Assembly (NCBI RefSeq): GCF_018977255.1
Contig: NW_024704742.1
Span: forward strand, 82,648,001-82,712,000
Length of the DNA stretch: 64,000 nt
Origin: Callorhinchus milii
Lineage: Eukaryota
Direction: 5' to 3'
The translations under genes and the position numbers were made by a program. Shown here one piece after another: positions 1 to 11,145 of this stretch. How positions within the stretch are numbered: the first letter of the stretch is position 1; every line of letters begins with the position of its first letter. A model generated the notes under the pieces. That model did not search any database and was not told where the DNA came from. It saw only the letters and a list, made by a program, of their open reading frames with translations.

Positions 1-170
1 CCTTGGTTTAATGTCTTGTCCAAAGGACAGCACCTCCAAAAAAGCACTCCCCCAATGCAAGGTAATGGAGTGTCACTCTGGACTGTGAGTTCAAAGTCCC
101 AACGTAGGGCTTGAACCCATGTCCTTCTGACTCAGAGATAAAAGTGCTATCAACTGAGCCGGGCTGACAC
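1..170 (-). mobile_element. Deu-domain SINE (SacSINE1/AmnSINE1-like), 5' part, cut by window edge
   Basis: Reverse complement gives a tRNA-like head (gtgtcagcccggctcagttgatagcact...gggttcaagccc) followed by the start of the Deu domain (ggacaagacattaaacc), as in other copies here. Confidence 0.75.
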
Positions 171-584
171 CTGCATTGTTCCTCTGTCTTTCAGGGTGCT
201 GTATTGAATTTTGTAGCGTGGAACAGTAATAGTGGGCAGGCCTGCATAGAGCTGATTTCCACCATTTTTACCTGTGTCCAGGACCTGATGCTGAATGTTC
301 ACCAGCCACATCGCTAAAAACATGACAAGTTCTAAAAGTTATAGCTTTCAGGAGAAACTATTTGCCAATCTATTGTTCTGTTATTTTCCAGATATCCAAT
401 TTTCTCCTTTGTCTCATCTGCTAAAGGCCTGTGACGGCTTTTACTTTTTCTTGAGGAGCCGATCCACTTGTACCTTGTTCGAATAGCTGTTATTTATTTG
501 TGAGCCGAGATAGTGAGCTTATACCAATGAGCCCAATGACGTTCTTATCCAGTCGAGTAGGCGCTCATATCTAGGAGGCAGATA

Positions 585-775
585 GAGATCAGGAATGGTA
601 ACCCTGGCAAATGTATGCCTCGCCTTCCCCTCCCATTTCAACCAAGATCCTGAGGTCAATTACATTACCCCTCCTGCTACTCCAACTAAGTCAACATAGA
701 CTAGGTTTGAAATCTAGACCTGACTGGTATGTAATTCTCAGCCAATCAATGTATACACTGCTGGAGCTGTGGGGG
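585..775 (-). mobile_element. Old, degenerate SINE-like repeat (related copies at ~7280-7480 + and ~27990-28165 -)
   Basis: Shares the motifs ttg(a/g)(c/g)ctcag..cc and ccagggtt.cc..tcctgatc with the two other segments; family not identified. Confidence 0.4.
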
Positions 776-1639
776 AGAGGCTATGTTTCAAACCCAGAGC
801 CATTACTTTATTCTTGTAAGTTGTCAGTGAATGAAAGTGTGTATCCTGTGTGATCACATCTCAGCTGTCATTCTTTCAATGAGCTATTTCCCCACTTGAA
901 TCATTCATCCAAGAAACGGAATTTGTCCATTGACTGGCTCTTTTGGAATTTGTGAAATATATAATAATCCTTGCAGTTGATGTACAAATTTGACCAGCAG
1001 AACACAAGGAAATTAAGAGCAAGGTAGTGACACATCACAGTCTGGCAAAAGCAGGAGCCCAAGGTTAAGTAGACTTTCTGTTAATGACTAACCCAGTTTT
1101 CCTAAGGCGCATATTCAATTGATGAAAGGCAGCTCAGAGATATGAAATCAGTTGGCAGCATACAGGGGCTGCTAATTGGAAATGCAATGATTATTCAATT
1201 ACATTCAACTTTAGTGCCTTAATATTTAATGCCATCTTTAACAAGTGTGAACAAAGAATGTGCTTCTGGGTCTCAGTGCTGTCATAAGAAGCTATTTGAA
1301 GTCACTATCACACATTTCACGACACTTGACACACGTTGAGAAAGGAAACACTGGATGTCAATTCGAATAGTCAAGAATTAACTGAAAGAAATGAAATATT
1401 ATTTGGACAGATTTTAATATTTTGGGTGCCTCAATGATTCCAGCCAATAAAATGATAGTCTTCAACCTGGTAGCATGGTAGATTGTTTAGAAAGGCTGTG
1501 TGCATTTATATTGCATTGCATAACAGACTGTTAGTAATCTTTCCCTTCACCAAAGGATCAATTTTAAGATCCTCATCTGCACCTTCAAATACCACTACAG
1601 CGTTATACCACCCAATCTCTGTGAATTCCTGCGACCTTA

Positions 1640-1860
1640 CTACCCCGTCTCTTCCCTCTAATCAGCCAACTCTGGCTTGCTTCATGCCCCCAATCGCTCC
1701 TCTCTACTATCAGCGGTCAGCCCTTCAGTCCCTTTCCCCACATACTCTGAAGCTGTTCCCTCGATATGCATCTACCTAACCCCTTCCCCCCCTTCTATCA
1801 AATACCACATTTATCTTTTTGGCCATTCAGCCTTTGTAAAGTGCTTTGACGTGATCTCCC
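1640..1860 (+). mobile_element. Old L2 LINE 3' fragment
   Basis: Degenerate match to the L2 3' end seen at 24600-24900 (cagcggtcagcccttcag...ctctgaag...tttttggccattcagcctt). Confidence 0.55.
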
Positions 1861-2550
1861 AACAGAAAATTGATGTTGGTGGAGCTGAGCTAGATTTAAG
1901 GAAGCGAAAGAGGCATCGTATTGGTAAATCTAGCTTTGCTGGAGCAAACCAGCCCGGCGGCAATCTGAGCCCTATTTTATCCATGCTGCATCCAGCACAA
2001 CAGCACACTTACTACATCCCTGCACGGTAGGTATAAGAAATTCTAACCACTCTATATAAATGGTACTTTGAATGTAAGAAAGAATATGAATGAATTTCAA
2101 AAGATAATGCAAATCTGTGGATCTGTTAAGGTTTCTTAGCAAAGTTCGTAACTTAATGTCCACACTGAGTGAAGTTCTTCCTTATGTTACCAACGTGGAA
2201 ACTGCACTGGAATGCCATTTCACTTTAAAATTGCTGAGTCTCAAAAGCTCTGTTATGGGCACATGCAGAGTCTGAGCCTATGTAATCTCAGATGTCTGTA
2301 CCCGGGAGGAAATGTGCTGTCTGAGTAAGAAAGGGTGAAGAGAGCAAACGCAATTCACTTAATAGGAATATTCACCTGAAATTTACAGCTCAAAGTAACT
2401 TGCTCGATAGATGCAATTAATCTTGTGAGGAAATTGAGTGAATGAGTGAAACAATGAATGGCACTGGGTGTTGGGTGATGTAATGGTTTAGAGCGCTGCT
2501 CCTTCTCCTCTGGGGTCTGTAATAAATCCAGCTCCAACTGATGGGCTATA

Positions 2551-2795
2551 ATGTGAGCCCTCAAATTTCACCTTGTTTTAACCCGCAATACGGTTTTGTC
2601 TCAAAATTTAAGAACACACAGAATTGTGCATGATTTTTCAAATTCAGTCTTAATTTGGGTGTTTGTTTTTTGAAGTTCTTAAAATAGAATAGAATTACTA
2701 AGCCGATTTTTAAGGATTTTTCTGCAACGCTCGCTCAAAGGTAAATTTTAAGACAAAAACAGTCCAGTTTAAGACGAGGTGGGATTTTGGCACAT
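2551..2795. mobile_element. MITE-like fold-back element
   Basis: Imperfect terminal inverted repeats aaatttcaccttgttttaa / ttaagacgaggtgggatttt and inner ttttgtctcaaaattt / aaattttaagacaaaa. Confidence 0.6.
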
Positions 2796-2927
2796 GCTTC
2801 AGGTTGGAAAGATAGATTCAGTGGAATTTAGTCTCCAGGCAATCTCTATAGCAGAAAAATTCAGACTGACTGTGATCACTGCCCTGCTCCCTGGGGATAT
2901 CTTATAATAATAAAGACTAATAGAAAT

Positions 2928-3520
2928 CATAATAATTCTTACATTTGATAGAGCACCTTTCACGTCACAAGGACGTCTTAAAATGCGTCACAGGATATAC
3001 CGTAAAGTGTTGTGACTGTGTATTTGCAGGTGAGCACAACAGCCAATGCCCCACAAACAGCCAATGAAATGAATGGACAATTTTATTATGGAGAACGTTG
3101 ACCAGGGCACTGGGAGAAACTCCTTCTATTTTTGAGTAGTGCAAGTCCATCAATCTGTCCTGTACTCCCATTGGACCATTTGTCTGCCCATCAACCCATC
3201 CCAACCTCTCACTGAACCATCCTATCAAGTTTGGGACAGTCAAATGGTTTGATGGACAAGTAGATAGTCCAATGGACTCACTGTAGTCATGAAAATTTCC
3301 CAAAAGGTACGTTTCCAAACCATAATTTTCTTACAGCCTTACCCATGGGATCTTTAATGTCTACCTGAACAGGCAGATTAACATCTCATCAGTACAAAGG
3401 ACTTCCAGCACTCTGAGTGTCAGGCAAGAGTCTACAAGTTCAAAGTCCAATGAAAGTGGGGCTGGAATCCAGAACCTTCTGATTCAAAGGCGAGAGTGCT
3501 ACAAAATGAGCCAATATTAA
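2928..3520 (-). mobile_element. Deu-domain SINE interrupted by a ~200-bp insertion (3143-3343)
   Basis: L2-like tail, Deu domain (ccatgggatctttaatgtctacctgaacaggcaga) and tRNA-like head all present; the consensus is broken at gagtagtgc|...|ccatgggatc. Confidence 0.75.
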
Positions 3521-4139
3521 GCAATCCAATTCAGAAATACTATACCAGCATGGTGGTGATAGAATAGTGCAGCTTTCTTCTCTGTGACAAACCCAATAAT
3601 CCCTTACTGCCACTTCCAAAGGGTTTCAGACAATTTCTCCAGAGTAGAAAACATGAGAGATTTATGTAAAGGAGTTAGTGAACTGTAACACATTAGAGGA
3701 ATTAAGAGACTTTACAGCTCACAGTAATTTGTGACAGTCTTCCATAATGCACCTTATATTGGAATACTTTATCCAGGATAATAAAGATTAGATGTCACAC
3801 ATGGATTAAGGATTTTAGGTGCACACAATCCCTGCTTGGCTAATTCACTGTGTTTTGCATGACTTTGAATGAATGGGCTTCAGCTATATATTGTGTCAGT
3901 ATTTTCTTTGTAGACTTGCTCTTGTATTGCCTTGGACCAATGGTTGATGAACTGATCTAATGCATCCTGTCACTGGGGAGGGGAAGCAATTTGAAAGGAT
4001 ATATAAACTTCTGCTGATGTAACTGAATTCAGTCTTTTTTTAACCTGACATTTTCCCTCAAGTGCTGCTTCCAATATGTTTGGAAACTATTACATAGTGA
4101 CAATTAAATTGGTGGCGTGTTGCCTTTTCATCTGCTTGT

Positions 4140-4415
4140 ATTCACCAACTTGCCTGTTCAGCTGGACATTAAAGATCCTGTGGCACTATTCAAAAAGACA
4201 AGGGAGTTTCTTTCGATGTCCAAGTCAGCAATCCCCCAAATAAAATTGGTCATTCTCTCCATGGCTGTTTGTGGGACATTGCTGTTGGCAAAATGGTTGC
4301 TGCGTTTGCCAACAAAAACACACACAAGTTACACCACTTCACAGTAAATCTGGCAATGCGCTTTGGGACATCCTCTTGACTTGAAAAACACTATACCAAA
4401 TGCAAGGTTTACAAT
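4140..4415 (+). mobile_element. Deu-domain SINE, 3' portion
   Basis: gcctgttcagctggacattaaagatcctgtggcactattcaaaaag...gtttgtgggacattgctg...tataccaaatgcaagg. Confidence 0.75.
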
Positions 4416-4659
4416 TATGCTTTGTTTAACATAATGTTAAATGAAATTCACTGTCGAGAGCAAGATAATTACTGCGCTCAAACTGTTGTGATGTGCTTTG
4501 TATGTTTTTTAATTGCTATTTTGTGAAAAAAAGGTGCCTTAATGAAACAGCTGAGAGTGAGGAACATTCCACATTATGACCGCGGATTTCTAAAGGTGTT
4601 GCACTTGACACACTCTGGCCTCTCTCTTTCTCAGATGTTAACACATCCATTAACATACA

Positions 4660-4935
4660 CTATAGGAGGGTATAAATATAAGGATGCTGCTAACAGATCA
4701 TATAGGGAGCTAAGGACAAATTTCTTCACACAGGATAAGGAGAATCTGGAACTCACTATCAGAAGCTGTGGGTGATAGCAAATAGCATCTACATGTTTTA
4801 AGGAATGTAAACCTGAGGGAGAAGGAAATAGAGTGGTATAGGAGAGGAAAATGGGATGGAGGCTTATGTGGAGTATAAACACTGCACGGACAAGTTGGGC
4901 TGAATGATCTTGTTGTGCTATATCACTATGTAACT
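4660..4935 (+). mobile_element. Old CR1 LINE 3' fragment
   Basis: Encodes RTNFFTQ...WNSL, typical of the CR1 ORF2 C-terminus, followed by a CR1-type 3' UTR (gggctgaatgatcttgttgtgcta). Confidence 0.6.
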
Positions 4936-5035
4936 TTAAGGATCATACATTCTAAGCTTCATAGAATTCCTTAGTAAGAAATTGCATCAGAATTCCCACT
5001 TAACTCCACTCGGGAAATAGATTGTGTAAAATTAT

Positions 5036-5225
5036 TTACAACAACAACAACAACAACATGATTGCATTTATAGAGCGCCTTTCATGTCGGGAGGACGTCC
5101 CAAGGCGCTGGACAGTTGGGTCGGGACCCGAGCAAGGGGGAAATGGTCAGGGTGAGGGGAGGGAAGGGAGGGAGCGAGGAGGGTGTAGAGAGTTGAGAGG
5201 GGAGCTGAAGGCACGGTTGAAGAGA
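5036..5225 (-). mobile_element. L2 LINE 3' end
   Basis: (CAA)n followed by gcgcctttcatgtcgggaggacgtcccaaggcgctggacag, matching the ends of the longer L2 copies. Confidence 0.85.
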
Positions 5226-5336
5226 ATTTACTTTAGGTTACAGGAAGGAGTCACCATTTTCTCAACTAAGAAACTTTATAATTAATATTATTAAGAAATA
5301 CTGCAACTTAGGCATCAGTGTATGACATCTGCCCCT

Positions 5337-5649
5337 TATAATAATAATCCTTGCATTTGATGTGACGCTTTTCACGTTTTCTAGACGTCCCAAAGCACTT
5401 CACAGAATATACTGTAAAGTGAATTGACTGTATATTTGTGGGCGAACGCGGCAGCCAATGGCGCACAGCAATGTCCCACAAACAGTCATGGACTGAAAAT
5501 GACCAATTTATTATTGTTTTTTTTTGGAGGGATTATTATTAGGCGTGTAGAGTATGGAAACTTGCCCAAGGTTTCGCCCTGCCTGGAATTGAACTCAGGT
5601 CTCTCACTTGCAAAGCGAGTGCTCTAACTACTGAGCTACAGGACTCCAC
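5337..5649 (-). mobile_element. tRNA-Ala-like SINE, short form, full length
   Basis: Head gtggagtcctgtagctcagtagttagagcactcgctttgcaag with Pol III A and B boxes; body and (TTA)n tail match the copies at 36555, 42141 and 56258. Confidence 0.9.
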
Positions 5650-5654
5650 ACAGG

Positions 5655-6010
5655 ACTTTGGATGAGACATTAAACCAGGGTCCCATCTGCCTGTTCAGGT
5701 GGATGTTAAAGATCCTATGAAATTAGTCGAAAAGAGAAGGGAGTTTCTCTTGGTGTCCTGACTGGGCAATTATTCTCCAGATACAGTCAGTCATTCACTT
5801 CATGGTTATTTGTGCGACATTGCTGTGTGCAAATTGGCTTTCGTGCTCTCCTACATATATTACACTTTATAGCATATCCTCTAAAGTGCTTTTGAGACAT
5901 TCTCTTACCATGAAAGGCATTATGAGTCAACTCCACTTTGTAGTAAAACTTGTAAAGTGCTTTGAGATACTTCGACAGTATGATGAGGCACTATATCAAA
6001 TGCAATGATT
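5655..6010 (+). mobile_element. Deu-domain SINE, headless
   Basis: ggatgagacattaaaccagggtcccatctgcctgttcaggtggatgttaaagatcc matches the Deu-domain consensus as I recall it; followed by L2-like tails. Confidence 0.8.
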
Positions 6011-6859
6011 GTAAATAATTATTATTAGTTTGACTGAGTGTATTTATTGTTTGTCAATGAGAAGGAAGACGGAATGCAAAACCCCTGGTCTCATGCTTTT
6101 TGAACTCCAATGCTATTTTGCTTGCGTTTTTGCAAAGTTCATCTCGGAGAATAGAACTGGCCTTTAAATGTTATAATATAATAATAGCTGCCAACAGGGA
6201 AATCCTTGCAGAGAGCATCAAAGATGACAGGTGCAGAAGAACTGTCACAGATATTTGTTGCTGCCTACAATAATGTGTTTATCTATGTTGGAGGTTGCCA
6301 TCAAAGGTTGCAACCGTGTCTACACACATCTTGCCTTGGTTGACAGCCCCTGCCTCTTAATTGTCGAATGAACCCGCTGGCAGGGTCAGTTTGACTATGC
6401 CAATGCACTTTGTTGATGCTGTTACCATTATTCTCACTGCGTGATGTTCTCTAAACATGCTGTGATATAACCCAATGTACCATGCAAAAAGTCATTGGAG
6501 AGCCCAGCTCTCGTGACCTGCACAGTGCCAGTATATTTCTAGTATTGAATATGTTCCAGTTTCCACTATCATCCTTGCTCCCAATGGATTGAATTCAAGG
6601 GCTCTCCCACTCACCTATAAATCCCCGAATACCCTAGCACTTCCTGTTTCATCCAAAATATAAACAACCAATCGCACTTTTGCAATATATTTTGTGAAGT
6701 GCTTTGAGACATCTTGAAGATGTGATAAGGTGTTATATCAAATGCAAGGATTATTATTGTTATTATCTTGTCATATCCCACTCCTTTGTTTGCCCCTCCG
6801 CTAGCTAACTCAGACTTGCTGGGGTTCCCCATCCTCTCATGACACTATCAGAATTTTCA

Positions 6860-7045
6860 GATTCTACACCTCTCACCCTCTTACTATCCCTTCATCTCAC
6901 CCCTCACTATCTATGTTTAAGTCCCACCTTAAAACTTACCTCTTCGACCAAGCTTATGGTCACTTCCCCCTTTCTTGTATCCCCTATCAGTGGAAGCGCA
7001 CCAAGATGTTATCCTGCGTGAAGGGTGCCCTACAAATGCAAATTT
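6860..7045 (+). mobile_element. Old L2 3' fragment
   Basis: cacctta aaacttacctcttcgaccaagcttatggtcac...gtgaagggtgccctacaaatgcaa; similar ends at 15510-15770, 28840-28960 and 47205-47455. Confidence 0.6.
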
Positions 7046-7919
7046 TTTGTTTCCAAATCTCAAACTCAGGTAGATTATTTTGAGCTGGCAGCTTAGGGTT
7101 ATACTGAGCGAATCAGAGCTCTTTCTCAACACAATTACCAGTGAATCAGTGATCTCTCAACGGGATTGCCAACTCTTCACTTTAAATATAACAATGGACC
7201 ACCAAGAACATTTCAAACTTTATAATGAATTCCTCCCTCTCTTCACCCCCACCCCTCCAAAAAAAGGATGTATATGCTGTTGCTGAGCCATTCCATACAT
7301 ACAGGAAAGGTTTGATCTCTCAGCTCAAATAAGTTACCTAACCTCAACAAAGGTAACAGCTGTTGTTGTTCAGTTGGGCTCAGCATCCCAAGGTTCGGAA
7401 AAAAAATTGAGCCTGGGTTTTTGGAACAGAAATTGAGAGTGGGTTCCCATCACTGATCATTGTACAGGGACTCCTGCTGTGTGATCTGATGCCGTCTTGT
7501 GTTTGTGTGTCTACATTGTGAGATGGTTGGATCAGTGCTTATAGCTTAAACCATTAAATATAACAATAATAATGCTTGTATTTGTGAGGGATGTCCTCTT
7601 GGCGTGAAAGGCACTATTGACCTCCAGTTTAACTGTGATTTGAAGTTAAACTGGAAGAGAAGGAAACAGTTCAAGCACAAGACCTGAACATTAGATGTGT
7701 GTTGAGTTCCTTGTTAGTAAATCCAGTTCCAGCAGAATTCTATGTGGGTGAATAGGTGAGTGATGCCATCACCTATATACTTTTAACAAATGATGTCCCA
7801 ATGAGTCTGTTACTAACTGTTGTCCCATGCAACATTCAAATTGATCTATTGCCCTAGATTCTGCATTTAGTAATATGTGAAACCGTAGCATGTTGCAGAA
7901 AAACCTGAAACAAGTAAAA

Positions 7920-8800
7920 AAAAACTTCTCTCACATCCGCAACATCGTCCAGCTCCGTGGCTATCTCTCCCCACACCCCACTTGGCTGCCGAGATCTTCA
8001 ACAACGACAACAACAACAACAAGATTACATTTGTATAGCGTCTTTCAAGTCGGGAGGACGGCCCAAGACGCTGGACAGTGCACAGCATTTCAGACCCGAG
8101 CTGGGGTCAGGGAGGGAGAAGGGAGGGGAGGGGAAGGGGGGTGGCCGATAGTATGGTCGAAGAGGAGGGTCTTGAGGTGGAATTTGAAGGAGGCTAAGGA
8201 AGGGACAAAGAGGAGTGATTGGGGGATGGAATTCCAGAGGTTGGGGCAGAGTGGCTGAAGGCTCTCCCCCAATGGAGCAGGCTGGAGCCGGCTGAGCGGA
8301 GGGAGCGGGCGGGTTGGTAGGGCGTTAGGAGGTCGCAGAGGTAGGGTGGGGCGAGGCCATGGAGGGTTTTGTAGGTGAGGACCAGGATCTTGAACTGGAT
8401 CCTCTGAAGGATAGGGAGCCAATGGAATCAGGCGAGAATGGGGGAGATGGGGTCACGGAGTTTGGTGCGGGAGAGGACATGGGCTGCAGAGTTCTGGATT
8501 ATCTGCAGCCTGTGAAGGGAAGAGTTTGGAAGGCCAACAAGCAGGGCATTTGCATAGTCAAGCCTGGATGTGATGAAGGCATGAACAAGAGTTTCAGCGG
8601 CCTGAGGGGTGAGGTAATGGCGGAGTCATTCATTCACATTTCATCACTTTGAGGCTCAATTATTCCAACCCTCTCCTTGTCAGATTTTCCAACTAATCCC
8701 TTCAAAAACTGCAGAACATCTAGAACTCTGCAGCTCATGTCTTCTCCTGCACCAGGATTCATGGGGCTATTATATCTATCCTTGCTCTACTCCATTGAAT
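7920..8800 (+). mobile_element. Older L2 ORF2 fragment split by the younger L2 at 7999-8627
   Basis: Left part translates HIRNIVQLRGYLSP; right part continues IHTFITLRLNYSNPLL...LQ; both match the L2 ORF2 C-terminal region seen in other copies. Confidence 0.6.
7999..8627 (-). mobile_element. L2 LINE, 5'-truncated
   Basis: ORF2 C-terminal remnants (HYLTPQAAETLVHAFITSRLDYAN; LWNSIPQSL...FKFHLKTLLFD), 3' stem-loop and (TTG)n tail. Confidence 0.9.
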
Positions 8801-10956
8801 ATATTTCATAACTATATAAGTTTCTTGCTCTTTAATATGTCAATGTACAGGCCAACCAAATTACAAGATGGTGGTTTAACTTCATAAACTCAGTGTTATA
8901 ATGGGACACACTATAAAAATGCTCTGTAGTCAGTACTTTCCGGTTTTCCAGTCACCGCTGATGCACTTCCAGGTTGCTGTACATGCGCAGCAAGCTGGCA
9001 ACCACTTTCGTCTGTGCAACCCAGTGGTTCCTAGGGCAACATTAGACACTAAGATCAGTCATCATAAAGTATCAATGCTCCAATCCTTGCATTATTAATA
9101 ATAATCCTTACATTTGATATAAAACCTTATCACATTGTCAAAATATCTCAAAGCATTTCACAGGATTTAGTATAGGAAACATGCCAGCCAGCACAAAAAT
9201 GTTACCTCCATGGCATGATCATGCTATAAGCAGACCTGCATTATACCAGGTGGGTTCTACAGTATCAGCCTGTATTTATTTTGCTGCTGTGCTAACAATA
9301 CAGATAATCCCATTCTGTTTATTGTCCCATTCAGTTCCTGCATATCTATCCTATTATTGTGTAGGAGTGATAATATATCCCAGGATTGCTGTTGGGAGAC
9401 ACTGGGTGTGATCAGACTAAATGTGCCAGAATTTACAGGACACATTACAGCTTGTCTATAGTACTAACTATACACTATGATGGTATTGTCATCTCCAAAT
9501 GGCAGCTGGTTTCATTGTCGAATTTAAGGAGATTTCTGTATCCTGATACTCACCAATAGATCTGGACAGGTTTACCGTTTCATTTGGTGAGAAGTTGTGT
9601 TGTGTTTTCTAGAAAGAGGGAAATGTATTCACAAGAGAAAAGAAGGATTTTATATACAAGGCTGCACTTCAGTCCTTGAGACTGATGGATGCTGAATTAT
9701 TGCTAATGCCTGGTCTAATTGTACTCCTCAAAAGAATAGCATTGTCTCTGTTCATTAGGAAGAGGAATGGTCCATACAGTAATTGAAGTGTCTTCCACTT
9801 ACAGAGTAAAACACTCCCACGTGTGTGTTGAGGGAAAAGCGAAAGTCTGTCATTTATTCATTGTGGTCATAAGGTCAATGACCAGAACAAAATTATGCAG
9901 CAAATGGATTCACATATCACTCAGCATATCAGAAGATGATTTATTTTGACTGTCTAGAATGTCTATTTATTAGGGAAGGCTAGATAAATGAATGTGGAGC
10001 TGATTATTTACTATTTGCTTTCTTGAGTTAATAAAAGAATCTGCTGCTTTCCACTTGGATGATATGTTCGTTGTGTGCTTGTTTCACAGTTATAGTGAGT
10101 ACTGAAATGTGCTGCAGAATTTTCTTAGTTTTTTTCCCCCAAAAAAGTGATGTCTGTGAATCATGTTCACTGCGTTACGTGGTAGTTACAGTTTGAGAAA
10201 ATCATATTCCTAAATTCATAAGAATTTTCGGCCGCAATGTTCACTGAGAAAACACATTCGCTGAACATTACAGTGTATCCTGTGAAACACTTTGAGATGT
10301 CCTCCCGACTTGAAACGTGGTAGATCCAGATGTAAGTATTATTATTGCTATTAATTATTCATAAACTGGACAACACAATTTGCACAACAAATCCAATTTC
10401 GCCAAATTTGCCCACAAGATACACAGTCAATGCAATTTACAGTATATTCTGTGAAGCGCTTTGAGACATCTCAACGACACGATAAGGCACTATATCAAAT
10501 GCAAGGATTATTTTATTAACTTAATTTGAAATTGTTGTATTTTAAAACCCCATTTTGGTGAACATCTCACAGGTGCAGTTCAATAATCTTTCGCTGAACT
10601 GCGGGTGGATCAGAAGCTTGTGCAAATATTTACCAAGTTTTCCTTCAATGGAAGAGAGGAAGTGAGACTCAGAAAAACTCCATTGAGAGAGAATATTTCA
10701 GAGCATCTAGAATTGAACAAATTCTTCAATGTAGTCTTGATTTTTTAAGCTGTTTCCTTTTAAGAAGTACTGAAAAATAACTTCAAAGCTGACACTGCAT
10801 TCAACGATTTAGCACATTCTGGATGCTCTGAAATGCTACATGAGTATATCAGTCTTGAGTCAGGTGGGATTTTTTTTACTAAGTGTCTTTGTGGCTCTCT
10901 TTCGTGTGGATGACATAGTCTGAATCTCTCTAGCTCACTATTTGGAAATCTGAATA

Positions 10957-11145
10957 GTGGAAATCTAAAATCAAGACAAAAAGAAAACGCTGGAAATGCA
11001 CAGCAAGTCAATTAACAGGTGAAAAAAGACAGGTTAATGGTACTAGCATGACCCTTTATCAGATTGGCACACCAGTCACATTAACCTGACTTCGTCTCTC
11101 ACATGCTGATCACTCCGTTGTACATTTCTACCATTTTCTGCCTTC
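10957..11145. mobile_element. Degenerate fold-back element related to 52825-53070
   Basis: Inverted arms caggttaatg/cattaacctg and agaaaacgctggaaatgcacagc/gttgtacatttctaccattttct; same motif order as the 52.8-kb element. Confidence 0.6.
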
